From positions 24,802,001 to 24,866,000 of the forward strand of contig NC_086109.1 of NCBI RefSeq assembly GCF_963921235.1: a stretch of DNA of 64,000 nt, written 5' to 3'. The stretch is from Mobula hypostoma (Eukaryota). The notes beneath the pieces are model-generated. The model was not told the DNA's origin, did not search any database, and worked only from the letters and a program-made list of their open reading frames with translations. Shown piece by piece: positions 25,491-38,460 of the stretch (position 1 is its first letter; each line of letters begins with the position of its first letter). Both the position numbers and the translations under genes were made by a program.

Positions 25491-25849
25491 TTGTAAATTC
25501 AAGTCTGGGTTTCTTTTCTGGACACCCTTTTCCAGAGACCTACAGATCTCTAATATATTAAACCACATACCTAGTATGAGATGCAATAATCCAAATGGTT
25601 TCCCACTTCTGCTCTGTAAGATCATGTTTCAGACCCTTTGTTCCTGCACTGGGATCTGCTTCATACAGACAAACCCACATGGAGCATTGCTGATCAAAGA
25701 TGTGATTCCAAATCTGTGCTGAGTTAGTCGATCAAAGCCAGGTATGGTTAACTTTTTTTTATCAGTCCCATTTTTCAAGGATTATAACGGAATACAAACA
25801 TTTGCAAATGAAAACGTAAAAAAATCTAGAGGTGCTGGAAATATAAGAG

Positions 25850-27640
25850 TATATCAGGAGTAAGACAGTAGCTAAAAAAGAAAGTGGGCCTCCTTGGAAC
25901 CAAAGGGGAAATCTATATGTGAAGCCAGATGATGTGGGCAAGGTCCAATGAATGCTTCTTATCTATATTCAATGAGCAACAGGGCATGGAAAACAGTGCA
26001 TTCAAGTATGGGTGTGTGAATGATCTGGAGGAGATCAGAATCAGGAGGAGGTATATGTTATAGGGCACATAAATCCCCAAGGAATGGATGAAATCTATTT
26101 GAGGTTGCTATGGGAACATGGTACCTTGACAGGGATTTTTGCATCTTCATACTACAAGTCACGGCCAGGTGCCACAAGACTAATATTGTTTCATATTTAA
26201 GAAGGGCCACAAGGATAAGCCTGGTAACTGCTTTATGTCTGTAGTAGGGAAATCAATGGAGAAAATCCTAAGAGATAGGATTTATGTACGTTTGGAAATG
26301 CAGAGGCTGATCACAGATAGTCAGCATGACTTTATGTGGGGGAAGTCCTGACTTACTTAAAGGTTATGGGGAGAAGGCAGGAACTGGATACTGATAGTGG
26401 ATGATCAGCCATGATCACAGTGAATGGTGGTGCTGGCTCGAAGGGCCAAATGGCCTACTCCTGCACCTATTGTCTATTGTCTATTACTGATTTGATTGAG
26501 TTTTTGGAGGAAATGATGAAAGCAGGAAGACAGATGTTATTTACTGTATGTAGACTTTGGAAAGGCTTTTGACAAGGTCCTGCATGATAGCTAATCCAGA
26601 AGATTAGGGCACATGGGATCATTGTAAAGCTGGTTAATTGGATCCACAATTGATGTGGTAATAGGAGGCAGGGGATAATGGTAGAAGAATGCTTTTCTGA
26701 TTGGAAGCCTGGGGCTAGTGAAATGTTGGGATCCTTGTTTTTGTGACATACATGAACAATCTAGGGATGAATATTGGATATTTGCTTAGTAAATTTGCAG
26801 ATGGCATGGAAATTTGTGGTATTGGAGATTGCAGGCAAAGTTCTCTAGACTACAGCAACAAATAGATCAGATGGCAAGTTTGGTGGAATATTTGCAGATA
26901 GAATTAAATCCCAAAAGGTGTGAGGTGATGTATTTTCAGAAGTCAAATAGGTTGGGGAATTACAGAAAATGTTAGAGTGCCAAGGAATATTGATGAATGG
27001 AAAGGGTTTGGGGTTCTAGTCCATTGTTCCATGAAAGTCACAACACAGATAAGTAGGGTGAAGAAAAAGGCATAGGTTGCTTTCATAGATTGGAACATCA
27101 AATATCTAAAAATTGGGTTGTTATGTTATTACTTTCCAAAAACAACTTAGACTACATTTGAAGTAGTGTATGCAGTCTGGTCTCTAAACTACAGGGAGGA
27201 TTTGGTTGCACTGGAAAGAATTGAAAGAAGGTTCATCAGTATGTTTTGTTGATTCAAGCTATCTAGTTATGGGGAGAGACTGGAGAGGCTGGATTTGTTT
27301 TTCCTAGAGTGAAGGAAACCAAGTGTTGACCTGACGGAAGTATATAAAATTTATAGTTTTAAATACCTCTTTCAGGTAGAATCTTTTTCTCATGGTAGGG
27401 TTATCAAGGGACATGGGTTTAAGGCAAGAAGTAGGAATTTTAATGGGAAATGGCAAGAAAAGTTTTCTGCAGAAAGTTTTGGATATCTGAAACTCACTAC
27501 TAGAGGTAGTGAAGTCAGATTCATACATACATTTTGTTTAAGAGACATTTAGGCAGGCATTTAATTTGGCAAGACATAGAAGGATACGGACATTGTGGGC
27601 AAATAGATTTAGTGTAGATAGATAAAAATATCAGCATGGG
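25850..27640 (+). mobile_element. Highly degenerate CR1 ORF2, with a younger CR1 tail inserted at ~26360-26487
   Basis: 'GLITDSQHDFMWGKS*', 'VCRLWKGF*QG' region (DFxKAFDK-like in another frame), 'SKFADG'. Confidence 0.8.
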
Positions 27641-28341
27641 TGTGTTGGGGTGCAGTAAAGGAAAGAATACATATTTCTTGTCAAAGTTTTCATCAGATAA
27701 TCTTTCCACATATGCTGCCTGACACAACAAATTTTTCCAGCTTTTTCAGTTTTTATTTCAAACATTTGCTATATGCTCATGGATCATTTTTTTTTCCGAG
27801 CTTCTGCAATTCTAAAGGAACTTTAAGTTATAAACTTGGAATAAATTGGGATTTGGAAGTGCCACAGGACTTGTGGCTGATAAAGTAGAGCTGGTAGCTA
27901 TACCAGTTCCGTATTACTATCTGATCACTTGTTGATATTTAGTTTCTAAGTTAATGCATAGCTAATGGCCACATGTTTGGGATACCAAATTGTTTCTAGT
28001 TACTATATTCTGGGATAGGACGACATATGTAAAGGCTTTTGCATTTCCAGACAAAAATAATAGGTCGTTCTAAATGCCTATTTCTTATATTACATGACCT
28101 TTGGTAGTTGTGAGGTAGATTAAGAAAGCTGGCGAAAGCCTTTGCTGGAAGTTGAAACTACAAGGCATAGCAACGCTCCATCTGATCCAGAAGGGGTTAA
28201 TCCCAAGACTTTTCCAACTGAACAAAAGAGGAAAAGGGAGAAAAAAGTTTGTTGTGCTTCAGTTCAGACGATGCCTGTCACTAAAGGTCAGCATATGGCT
28301 GGCCAGAGTCAGTAGGTCATGAGGAGGTTACAGAAGTTGTT

Positions 28342-28530
28342 TTGAAAGATTTTCTAAAGGGCCCCACTGCTGCTGCACAGTCATGCCTGAGCAGACATTT
28401 GATCAAACGTGGTTGTGTCTGTCGGTACAGACAGCAGTCATTATCGCAATCAACAGCTTGCCCCAATTATGGTTTCCTCCTCGTTATGTCCTCAGCCCAC
28501 AGCATAACTACAAGAAAATTAGCACAGTCC
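28342..28530 (+). pseudogene. Decayed receptor-PTP TM-proximal exon
   Basis: With two frameshifts: 'KGPTAAAQ... / SNVVVSVGTDSSHYRNQQLAP / NYGFLLVMSSAHSITTRKLAQS', matching the remembered pattern 'YxAA...FTxGD....FYNxPLxP...Y.......ASSP'. Confidence 0.55.
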
Positions 28531-28598
28531 ATCATGTTGCATAACTTAATTTAAAATGACAGGGTGTGACATAGGACCTTCAGTCTTTCAATTTTAAG

Positions 28599-28730
28599 CC
28601 TTTCCTGCGGTAGTCTGTGCCAGCGAATGTGAACGGCTGCCAAAACAATCTCAACACACAGCTGGTGGGGCTTCAGTTACAGCCATTCTGTCCCATATGG
28701 TGAACATTTATTCTTTTTATTTCCCCTCGA
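28599..28730 (+). pseudogene. Possible stalk plus eroded transmembrane exon
   Basis: Acceptor TTTCAATTTTAAG; phase-1 frame 'FPAVVCASECERLPKQSQHTAGGASVTAILSHMVNIYSFYF', directly after the TM-proximal remnant. Confidence 0.3.
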
Positions 28731-29329
28731 TCTCTCCAGATTCTTTGTGTGCACGTGTACATGTATTTATAGGGACTACCCAAGAGAGGGAAAGATATAT
28801 ATATATATATATTCTATCCATATATAATATAGCTATCTTAAGCTCTTATACTTTCGAGAAGTGATAAATTAAGACCTGGCCCTCTTAATACGTTGAGAGT
28901 TTTCACTTGTTCCACTGGCAGCAGGGCTTAAGGATATAGATTACTGTTGCTTTAGGAGTTTGGTAAGCAACTACAACAAAGTGGAAAGTTGTTACAGGTT
29001 GAACATTAGTTTTAAAACTAACCTAATGTTAGTTGCATTATCTTTTGGCCCTGTTGATCTCTGACAAATATGGGAAATGTTACAAAAATGAGTGGATCAT
29101 TTCGGTGAGGTGACAGAGGACTGCCAATGCTTATGGGCCCATCATTACTTGGGTCAGTATAAGAGAAGGAGCCAATGAACAGCGAAAGAACCACAGGGGA
29201 TGGTGGCTGTCTGTCGTATCTGGCGATGACAGGAAAACTGTGAAGGAGAGCTTTTAAAGTGTAAAAGCTGCTGCATTGGGGCAGTTCCACTCTCTCAATT
29301 TTGGAAGTCTAGGTCTAGAGGTAGAAGTA

Positions 29330-29730
29330 GACATCACAACTGGGGTCTTCCTTGGTTGCAGCGGATGACCATGAGGTCTTTTGTACCTCGCCATGCCCTA
29401 ACAGAGCGTTGCAAAACCACCTTCTTGGCAGTCGAATCACACTATAGATATCATCCGCCAATCCAATGGAGCTGACTTCTCATGTTAGGACAGGCATTTC
29501 CTTATCTCACTGGGGCATGAGGCCTGCCGGCCACCCTCACTTGGTTTAACCTACCTGTCAAAGTGGTTTACCAGGGTGTGGCCATTGTCACATCAAACAG
29601 CTACTTGGAGCCACATGGGAGAGCTGAGTGTCCGGTGGGGACCTGTGGTGAGTGAGCTCCCCCAGATTAGACATGACAAGCCTCTTCACCCGAGGTCCTA
29701 CGTCTCCCTGGACACCCCATCGCCCCCACA
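29330..29730 (-). repeat. GC-richer interspersed element, possibly non-autonomous RTE-type
   Basis: Sharp composition change and no ORF; family assignment is from recall only. Confidence 0.4.
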
Positions 29731-31004
29731 GGGGACAGAAATCAGAAATAAAAGCTGAAAAATCTGGAAACACTTAGGGGGTCAGCCAGCACCTGTGGAG
29801 AAGGAAACAAAGCCAAAATGTCCAGTCAAGATGATTCAACAGAATGAGAGACATCAAATGTGGGAAGAGAGAACAAAGGGAATGATTGTGAAAGGGTGGC
29901 TGAATGAAAATGAAATGGCGGTGTCGCTGTCAGAGAGATGGATCTTACAGCTGATCGTGCAGGGAATATGTAAGTCGAAAAAAATGAGGTGAGAGGACAA
30001 GAACAATGCTGGGCTGTGAGTTACAAAGTACTTACACATGTAAAAGTGGACATGAAATCTGGTCAATGTTTTATCAAATACAAGAAAGGAAATAAAAACC
30101 ATAGAGTCCAACCTGTTAAAGGAGACAAACTGAAATCGCATAAGAAAGAGGAGAGAGGAAAAGAGAAAACTGAGATGAAATGATGGGGTATACCAAATAC
30201 CAGATGTCCAACTGGATAAACAGACAAATGGTATCATGGAAGATGAACATTGCTCAGTCCACAATGTGAGTCGTTCGTGAACACTTCCACAGATGCTGAC
30301 CATGAAGGATTGTAAGGTTGTTGGTAAGTGAACTGTAGCATTATTGGTGATTTTCCACCAGAATTTGCAGATGCCAAGTTTACATGAGATCTTTGTACAG
30401 TTATACTGTTGCAAAGACATATGACATATGTTAGCAAATACTGCTGCTAACTTAGAGAGAGCTTGCAGATGGACCAGAGGGATTCAAAGCAAAGTGGGAA
30501 GTTATTCTGAATTCAACCACAGGTATGCTATAGTTCAGCAAAGCTTGAGACCAGATGGCAGAAACCACAGACATTCCTAAATCAAGTCAGAAATTTATGC
30601 ATTGTTGAAAAATCTCAGTTGAAAAACAATATCAAAATTTTCAATGTGTTATTGGCAATTTATCATCATAAAGTAAGAGGGGCCCTTTCTTGCTCCTGAC
30701 TTTCTGGTGCATGTACCTCCATATCCAGAGAAGATGTTGGGTGCTGAATCTCTGCCTTGTCATCCTCTGCCATAAGAAGGGATTAATGTGACCAGAGTCT
30801 ATAATATAAACTCAGTTAAGCAGCTATTAGATTGGAGCAAGTGTGTTAAGAAGCTTATCTACCAGCTCTTGTCACCAATAATTTTATGAGGCCTATCAAC
30901 ATTATCAGCTCAACTAATGTGTCAACATTCAGAGCCACTGAGCACACTTCAGTTTTGAGTCTGACTAAAAATGGATGGTATTCCATTCAAGAGCAGCAGA
31001 TAGG

Positions 31005-31950
31005 ATGTCACCATATAGTACCCTGAGATTTATTTTTACATTACAAGCATTCATAGAAAATACAAAGAACACAACAGACAAACAATGTGCAAAAGACAAC
31101 AAACTGTGAAAATACAAACTAAATAATAATAATAAATAAATATGCAATAAATATCAAGAACGAGTTGAAGTGTCTTTGAAAGAGGTTTGTGGAAACAGTT
31201 CAGTGATGAGGCAAGTGAAGTTATCCCCTCTGGTTCAAGAGCCTGATGGTTGAGGGGTAATAACTTCTCCTGAACCTGAGGATCCTGTACCTTCTTCCTG
31301 ACGGCAGCAGTGAGAAGGGAGCGTGGCCTGGATGGTGGGGTTTATTGATGATATTTGCTGGTTTCCAGCAACAGCACTCCTTTTAGATGTGATCAGTGGT
31401 GGGGAGGCCTTTACCTGTGTTGGACTAGGCCGTATCCACTACTTTTTGTAAGATTTTCTGTTCAAGGGCATTGATGTTCCCATACCAGGCCATAATGCAA
31501 CCAGTCAGTATACTCCCCCACCGCACATCTATAGAAATTTGTCAATGTTTTATATGACATGCCAAATCTTTCCAAACTTCTAAGAAAGTCAAGGTACTGC
31601 TGTGCCTTCTTTGTAATGGCACTACATGCTGGACCCAGGACAGATCCTCTGAAATGATAACTCCAAGGAATTCAAAGTTGCTGACCCTCTCCACCTCTGA
31701 TTCCCCACTGAGGACTAGTTGATGGATCTCTAGCTTTCTCCCCCGTTCTGCTGACATTGAATGAGAGGTGGTTGTTGTGGCACCACTCAGCCAGTTTTTC
31801 AATTTACGCACTAAATGCTGTTTTGTCACCACCTTCGGTTCAGCCAGCTACAGCGATATCATCAGCAAACTTACGTACAGCATTGGAGCTGCGCTTAGCT
31901 ACACAGTCATAAGTATATAGTGAGTACAGCAGGGGGCTAAGCATGTAGCT
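31005..31950 (-). mobile_element. Rex1/Babar 3' fragment
   Basis: Reverse 'KFADDIA' near 31850-31870; 'VERVSNFEFLGVIISEDLSWVQH'. Confidence 0.85.
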
Positions 31951-32194
31951 TTATGTGCTAATGGTGAATCAGGGAAATAAGAAACTAAAAAAAATCTCAG
32001 ATCTATTCATAGATTCAGATAATTAACCATTCAAATTAAAATTAAGTCTGTTTGTCCCTGTGCTTTAAGTGCATGTTAAAGACCACATATGCTAGCTGAA
32101 GAAGAACAGGGAATTCTTCCTGGTCTCGGGGCCAACATTCCTCCATGAAACAACAGCCAAAAACAGATTATTTAATCACTTATGTTGTAAGTTA

Positions 32195-32625
32195 GCCTTA
32201 ACTCAATCAGTAATACTTGTGACTCTGGCTATGAATGGTGTGGATTCAGAGACTAGAATACCGGATCTAAGCTGAATACTTCCAGAGTCCTTGCAAGAGG
32301 AGTGTGGCTCTGTCCAGATGGTGGTTTTTGGATGAGATTTTCAAATAAAACTCTTGTCTTTTCCCTCAGGTGGACTTTCAAGATCCAGAGACAGTTTTTT
32401 GAGATTTCTCTAATCACCTGACCGATAATTATCCATCAACCAACACCTAAGAAGGATGATCTGGTTATTATCACGTTGTTGTTCATGGAAATTTGCCCTG
32501 CGCATGTTAGCTGCTGTGTTTCCTACATTGCGGCAGTGACAACACATCATCACCACTTCATTGTCTGTAAAGTGCTTTGGAATATACCGAGTTTGAGAAT
32601 GCAAACTCCGTATAAATACAGCCTC
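32195..32625 (+). mobile_element. Deu-domain SINE (best-preserved copy)
   Basis: ATCTGGTTATTATCACGTTGTTGTTCATGGAAATTTGCCCTGCGCATGTTAGCTGCTGTGTTTCCTACATTGCGGCAGTGAC...CTTCATTGTCTGTAAAGTGCTTTGG. Confidence 0.7.
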
Positions 32626-34012
32626 CTTTTCTCCGAATCAGCAGAGACCATGAATTCAAACTGAAGCTCCTTCTTAAGTTGTAATTATGCACAACCATAT
32701 TAGTTTCTAGTCAGTATGATATTACCATTTAGGCTTTCTATCTAATGACACAAACTTTAATATCTTAAAATGTATTAATTTGTATTGTATAGTGTTATCC
32801 AAGCCCTTGCTATTGATATACAGTATGAAAGCAGACAATCTAAGAAATACCACAAACCTTTTACCATTATTGAATTATAGGTTTCAAGTTCAAGTTTATT
32901 GTCATTCAACCATATATGTGAATACCACCAAATGAAATAACGTTCCTCCAGACCAATATATACAGCACAGTACATACCAATTTATATTACCACGAATAAA
33001 TTAACAATTAAGAATGTGCATTTACAACACAAGTTATGAAATAAACAGTATAAAGTTTCTGGCACTTTATATATGATGAGACCTGGGTTGTGGTAGATTT
33101 GTGTAAATATTGGGCTTCAATATTTCTATCGTTCATTTTATAGGATTCTTGTTTCATGGATGTCTGTGAAGAGCATGAATTTCAAGTTGTGTACTGTACA
33201 CATTCGCTGATCTTAAAATGAACCTTTGAACCTTTGAATTTCATAGTGTCAGACAACATAAACCGATCTTGTGACATAGCAATCCTGTGCAGCATCACTC
33301 TAGCTCTGGAAGTTGTCCTCCAGATTAATTTATCCAGTTGACTGAGAAATATCTTTTCAGCTTGAAATATCTGATGAATTATACCAGAAAAACTGAGGAG
33401 CAACAATGAAAATCAATTGGTAGCAATCACCACCTTACGCAAAGCTTCTGAACTCATAGGTTATGACCCATTCTAGGAGGAGAGAGCCAAGAGTAACAAA
33501 CCAAGACAGTGCTAAGGTGCTCAGTACTATAAACATCTCATTCCCAAACAGATCCTGTGAATTCTTGTGTCTTGCTTAGCATAGTCCTTGATTGTTCATT
33601 GAGTGTACCAAAATGTATTTGACTTAAGTGTGCAACAAATTCTGACGTGCATCCGGAGAGGTTGTTGCTGGAATACAAATGCCTCACTTATGGAGACCCC
33701 TAAATAAGAACAAGTTTCCTTCTATTATTAAATTCAAAAATCTGAGGTACATAAATACATTCATTCCTACGAATAGCAGAAACAGTTTCCTTTCTCTCCC
33801 CACTTTTAATAATTGTTCTTTCTTCTCAGTCTTACGTGCTTGTGATGCCATTTATTTCAAATCTGTACAGGGACGGTTGCCATATAGAGTGTTTTTGTAT
33901 TTTCTGAGGTATAGACAAAATTGACTAAAAGACACCTACAAAAATAGAACCCATTCATAACCCATGGATGGCCTGAAACCAGAGAGTGCAAGTGTCCACT
34001 TATCCATGCGCG

Positions 34013-34531
34013 TAGTCAGTGGCCACCTATTGGGTACATTTGTACACCTGCTCGTTAATGCGAATATCTAATCAGCCAGTCATGTGGCAGCTACTCTATG
34101 CATAACAGCATGCAGACATGGTAAAAAGATTCAATTGTTGTTCAGAACAAACATCAGAATGGGGAAGAAATGTCACTGACAGTGGAATGATTGTTGGTGC
34201 CAGACGGGGCGGTTTGAGTCTCACAGAAACTGCTGATCTCCTAGAATTTTCACACACAGCTTTTTCTAGAGTTTACAGAGAATGGCATGAGAAACAAAAA
34301 AAATCCAGTGACCAGCAGCTCTGATGGCAAAAATGCCTTGTTAATGAGAGAGGTCAGAGGAGAATGGTTCAAGCTGACAGGAAGGAGACAGTCACTCAAA
34401 TAGCCACACAGTACAACAGTAATGTGCAGCAGAGCATCTCCGAACGCACAGCACATCGAACCTCGAAGTAGATGAGCTACAGCAGCAGAAGACTACAAAC
34501 AGGAGGTACCTAATAAAGTGGACACAGAATG
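34013..34531 (+). mobile_element. Non-autonomous Tc1-like element
   Basis: ORF 34118..34324 'GMIVGARRGGLSLTETADLLEFSHTAFSRVYREW' (Tc1 HTH); degenerate TIRs. Confidence 0.88.
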
Positions 34532-35919
34532 TATATAGCACATCAGGTGCTCCAGTTAATTCCAAGCCATGCATGGAGTGATCAGGGCAACGTTTCGAAA
34601 TCACAGTCTACAAACAGAAACCTGATTGAATTACGTAGGTCCAGACTGAAGTGATGATTCAACTAAAATTGTTTGCAGATCCTGGATTTGTACTTAATTT
34701 GAAGCTTGTATATCAAGAACAGTAAAATTCCTTTGGGATTCATAGAGAGAGCAGATTCAAGCCTTCCACCATGCTGTATAAACAAAACAAATTGCACTGT
34801 TTATCCCATTTTAAAAATTACTTCCTCTAACTTTCTTGCAGATTGCAGCAGTCTGTAGCTGTCACTGACACTCTGCAATAACGTACTTAAAAGAACTGCT
34901 TCAGTGGTCAACAAAAGTCAAACTGGTACTTTCCTAAAGTGTTAACACACTTTCCTGCACATATGTTCCCTTTGACAAAGGGAACTCAAGGGAGTCCAGT
35001 CAGCAAATGTTTGTCAAGTCCCAATGGCTGTCAGACCCAATAGTTTGAGCTTTGCTCCTCGGCCTGTGCTGGGTTAGTTTATCTATGCTGGAAAATAATA
35101 GTGCTGCCACCAATGGTCTCATTATCCTTGGGTTAGGAGAAGGAATAATCAGTAGTGCCTCCTGCTCCTGTTTTGAAGTGACCCCACTGTATGACCAGAC
35201 TGAATGCAGCTTGAATTGGTCTCAGATGTGATCAGCTCTTCATAATTATCAGCCAGGGCACATCAGTGGGGTTACTCCCCCTTCTGAATCAAAAGATATG
35301 TACCAAGCCAAAGACAAGAGTGCAATTTGGTTTGACATTCAGGGTACATTACTAAGGACATGCTGCTCTCTTGAAGGGTCAAGAACCAGGGCCTGATACA
35401 CTCTCAGAAGACTATTTAATGTTGGGCACTCAGTCCTCAGAAGGAGCTGTACTCTTCAGAAGTGCAATAGTCTCTGAAAGCAGTCATCTAAATGAGATAT
35501 TACATGAAGTCCAGGTACTGAATGCAAAAGATCCCAATGCAATTTTCCAGTGCAGAGTGGGGAGTCCTCCTCAGTGCTTTAGCTAATGATATCACTTATA
35601 CAATATCGCCATTTACCTGTCATTGTGGGGGATTACTGTACACAAATTAACTATTGTGCTTCCTACAAAGTAATGCCTTGGATACATCATCTGAAGTCCA
35701 GTGTGAAACATACCCTGCAGTCATGAAACATCACCATTTGTTTGCAAGTAGTTCTTTCATAACTAAATATCCTATTGATGTCACTGACCATCTACACAGG
35801 AAGGTTATCTACTAGCATGAGATATTGTATGACTCAGAACACTCCACAAAACCTGATCCATTGCAACTAAATAATTGATGGCCACTGTGACACGTACAGC
35901 CATGGTGATGCGTTCTGCG

Positions 35920-36590
35920 ATGGTTTCCAGTTGCATCTAAAGTTGCTCCATCTGTAATTGTCAACATCTCCTTGTGGATGCAAATCATCCTAGATGGCTT
36001 GTTAAGGAGTATGCAGAATTAGCTTGTTGCGGTGGTGGGTTAATTACTGCAATTTTGGGGTGACACGGTAGAGTGGAGGTCAGCACAACACTATTATTAC
36101 ACCTCAGGATGTTCTGAAGTTCAGAGTTCAACTCCAGCACCGTCTGTAAAGAAGTCGTACTTTGTAATGGAGAGCACTCAATAACCGCACCCTTACGTTC
36201 ACACGCGCACAAACCGTTGTTGTTGCGCTGAGTGTACGCACATCAGTGCCTTCCCCAGTGTATTCTCATAATGAGTTGCTGGGCTTGGATTTGCTTTATG
36301 GTGCCTTGCCTGCCGTACATGGTGAAATATTCCATTTCTTTAGTAATGGGAATGTGTAAATGTATATATGATGCTTTTTTACTGAATTTAAGGTAGATAC
36401 TTCTCTTTATTTTCTAATATGATTGCAGTTACATTGTGGGGTGCATCATATTCTAATTCATGTTTAGACTTAAGTTAACTCAGTGAGTAATTCGTTTTTA
36501 CCTTGCAGTGGGACAGAGATATTGGGGCTGCCAGGAATTCACACTGGACAAAAATAGTATGGAGTCATTATTGTGTTTTCTAGTAGATAT
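35920..36590 (+). pseudogene. Decayed PTP-domain exons (YINAN-like and YWP/YG.I.V-like motifs)
   Basis: 'VDANH/LDG' at 35974-35998 (cf. YINANYIDG). Strong acceptor TTTTTACCTTGCAG at 36508, then 'GQRYW / LPGIHTGQK*YGVIIV' (cf. KCxxYWP...YGxIxV). Confidence 0.5.
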
Positions 36591-36909
36591 TTTTTTGTAA
36601 ACATTGGCAGTTTTCTTTTTATTAATTTTGTAAGTTTGAGTTTTGACACACATAGTAAGCACCCTTGGACTGAAGTGCTAAGCAACCCCAGCCTTTGGTC
36701 ATAACCCAAGTAGCTAACAGCATTCTCCCTATGAACCAAGCGGGTTTTCTCCCACAGTCCAAAGATGTAATTAATTGATCATTGCTAACGGTCCTGTGGT
36801 TAGGCTAGAGTTAAAAAGGTGAGTTGTCGGGCAGAGTGGCTGATTAAGCCAATGGACCTGTTCCACATAAATAAGAAATAAATAAATTTACTGTGCCATC
36901 TTAGTGTGA

Positions 36910-37120
36910 AGGGAAGAGGCACAACTCAGAAGTTCTCACAGTAGGTAAACTACATTGTCCTTCAGGCTCACAAAAGCTCTGCCAAACTAGACCCTAATAA
37001 TGAACCTATCACCATGCAGGCAACTCACATAGAGTACTTGCTCATCTGTAGCAGGTAGTATCGGGCAATTTGGTCGTGGATTGCTTACAGAATTCTGGTT
37101 GAATATATGTCCCTAGAACG
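36910..37120 (+). pseudogene. Decayed PTP P-loop region
   Basis: 'DPNNEPITM', then with small indels 'H-CS-GSIGQFG-WIAYRILVEYMSLE' (cf. HCSAGVGRTGTFIALDxLLExM..E). Cut at ~37120 by a LINE tail. Confidence 0.55.
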
Positions 37121-37404
37121 AGACGGACTCTTGACATCACCGTCTGCCTCGTTATCATCTTGCACCTTACTGTTTACCTGGACTGCACTTTCACTGTAGC
37201 CATTACGCTTTATTGCATATTTGTTGTTTTACCTTGTCCCGTCTCAATGCACCATGTAACAAATTGCCCTAATTAGAGTACGCAAGACAAGCTCTTCCCT
37301 GTAACTCAGTGCGTGTGACAATAATAAATTAATTCCAATTCTAATTCCAATCTATTTCGTTGTCAGTAATTTCCAAACCAGCCAACAGCTTGAGTTATCT
37401 TTAT

Positions 37405-38016
37405 TAAGAAGCAGCGCACCACGCGTGCGCAGCCCTCCGATGAAAAATGATATTGTATCTGTTAAATACGGGCCGTGGACAATTCTGATTTGATGGAGAT
37501 GGATGTGAAAGCACAGAGGAACATCTGGAAAAATTTCTGAAACACTCATTTGCTGCTGTCGTTACTGCGCAGTCGGGAATCTTTCGGACGGTAGGCCTCA
37601 AAATCCCCAGCTTTGCCTGCTGTTGGCGACCAAGAAGGAGGTCGAATCGTTCGGATAGAGATGGCGCTCAGTACTCGGTGTCGGACAGCTGATCAGAGCT
37701 TGAAGTTTTCGGATGACTCAGAGTCGGACTGTGGTCGGGCATGGCAGGGAGAGTTTTTCTTCCTTCTCCCGTCTGCGTGAGATGTGGGACATTTGACAGA
37801 CTTTGAACTTTTACTGTGCTCATGGACTTCTTCATCAAGTTATGGTATTGTTGCACTGTTGTAACTATATGTTATAATTATGTGGTCTTGTTAGTTTTTT
37901 TCAGTCTTGGTCTGTCCTGTGTTTTGTGATATCACACCGGAGGAAATATCGTATCATTTCTTAATGCATGCATTACTAAATGACAATAAAAGAGGACTGC
38001 GTGTCTTCATAATCTA
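37405..38016 (+). mobile_element. CpG-rich non-coding interspersed element with LINE-like tail
   Basis: High CpG retention; 3' ATGACAATAAAAGAGGACTG...TAATCTAA resembles Rex-type tails; no coherent ORF. Confidence 0.55.
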
Positions 38017-38169
38017 AAACTCATGTTGAGGAATTAAGTCTGTGAATTTAATACAACTTTCTACAGAGCACAATTGCTTCCAGAGTTGAGGCTCATGGAT
38101 GTGGAGCACATAACAAAGAGGGTTAAGAGAGTATTTCTTCTACAGCCAAGGACAAAGCTAAGCTTCCTG

Positions 38170-38460
38170 AAGATGGTGCTGAGGAAGATATGCCATATGC
38201 AACAGCCACGATTACAGCTGTGAACCTAGATAAACCTTGTCACCAGGGGCATCATGACCATCAGTTCCAGTGCTCCTGGATCTTTCCAAAATGCTGCAGC
38301 TTTCCAGACTGTGCAGCATTCCACATATTTGGTGAGGTGACAGATGCTCCCTCTTCCGGGGTAGTGGAATTTATTTCTATTTCCCTTAGCGGAGAACAAT
38401 AGCCAGAACAAGTCCGCAGATTCACGAGGTCAACAAGCTCTGGGTCTAGGTCATGCTCAC
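38170..38460 (+). pseudogene. Possible second PTP (D2-like) domain remnant
   Basis: 'QTVQHSTYLVR*' (cf. RxVxHFxYxxW), then 'DAPSSGVVEFISI...EQVRRF'. Confidence 0.4.

Noticed and set aside
29854..30420. Longest ORF in the track (188 aa)
   Set aside because: Antisense to a purine-rich stretch and overlapping old repeat remnants; low-complexity F/S/L composition.
33362..34990. PTP wedge-like ('LKYLMNYTRKLRSNNENQL') and KNRY-like segments
   Set aside because: The position fits the RPTP model, but similarity is too weak to list as separate features.
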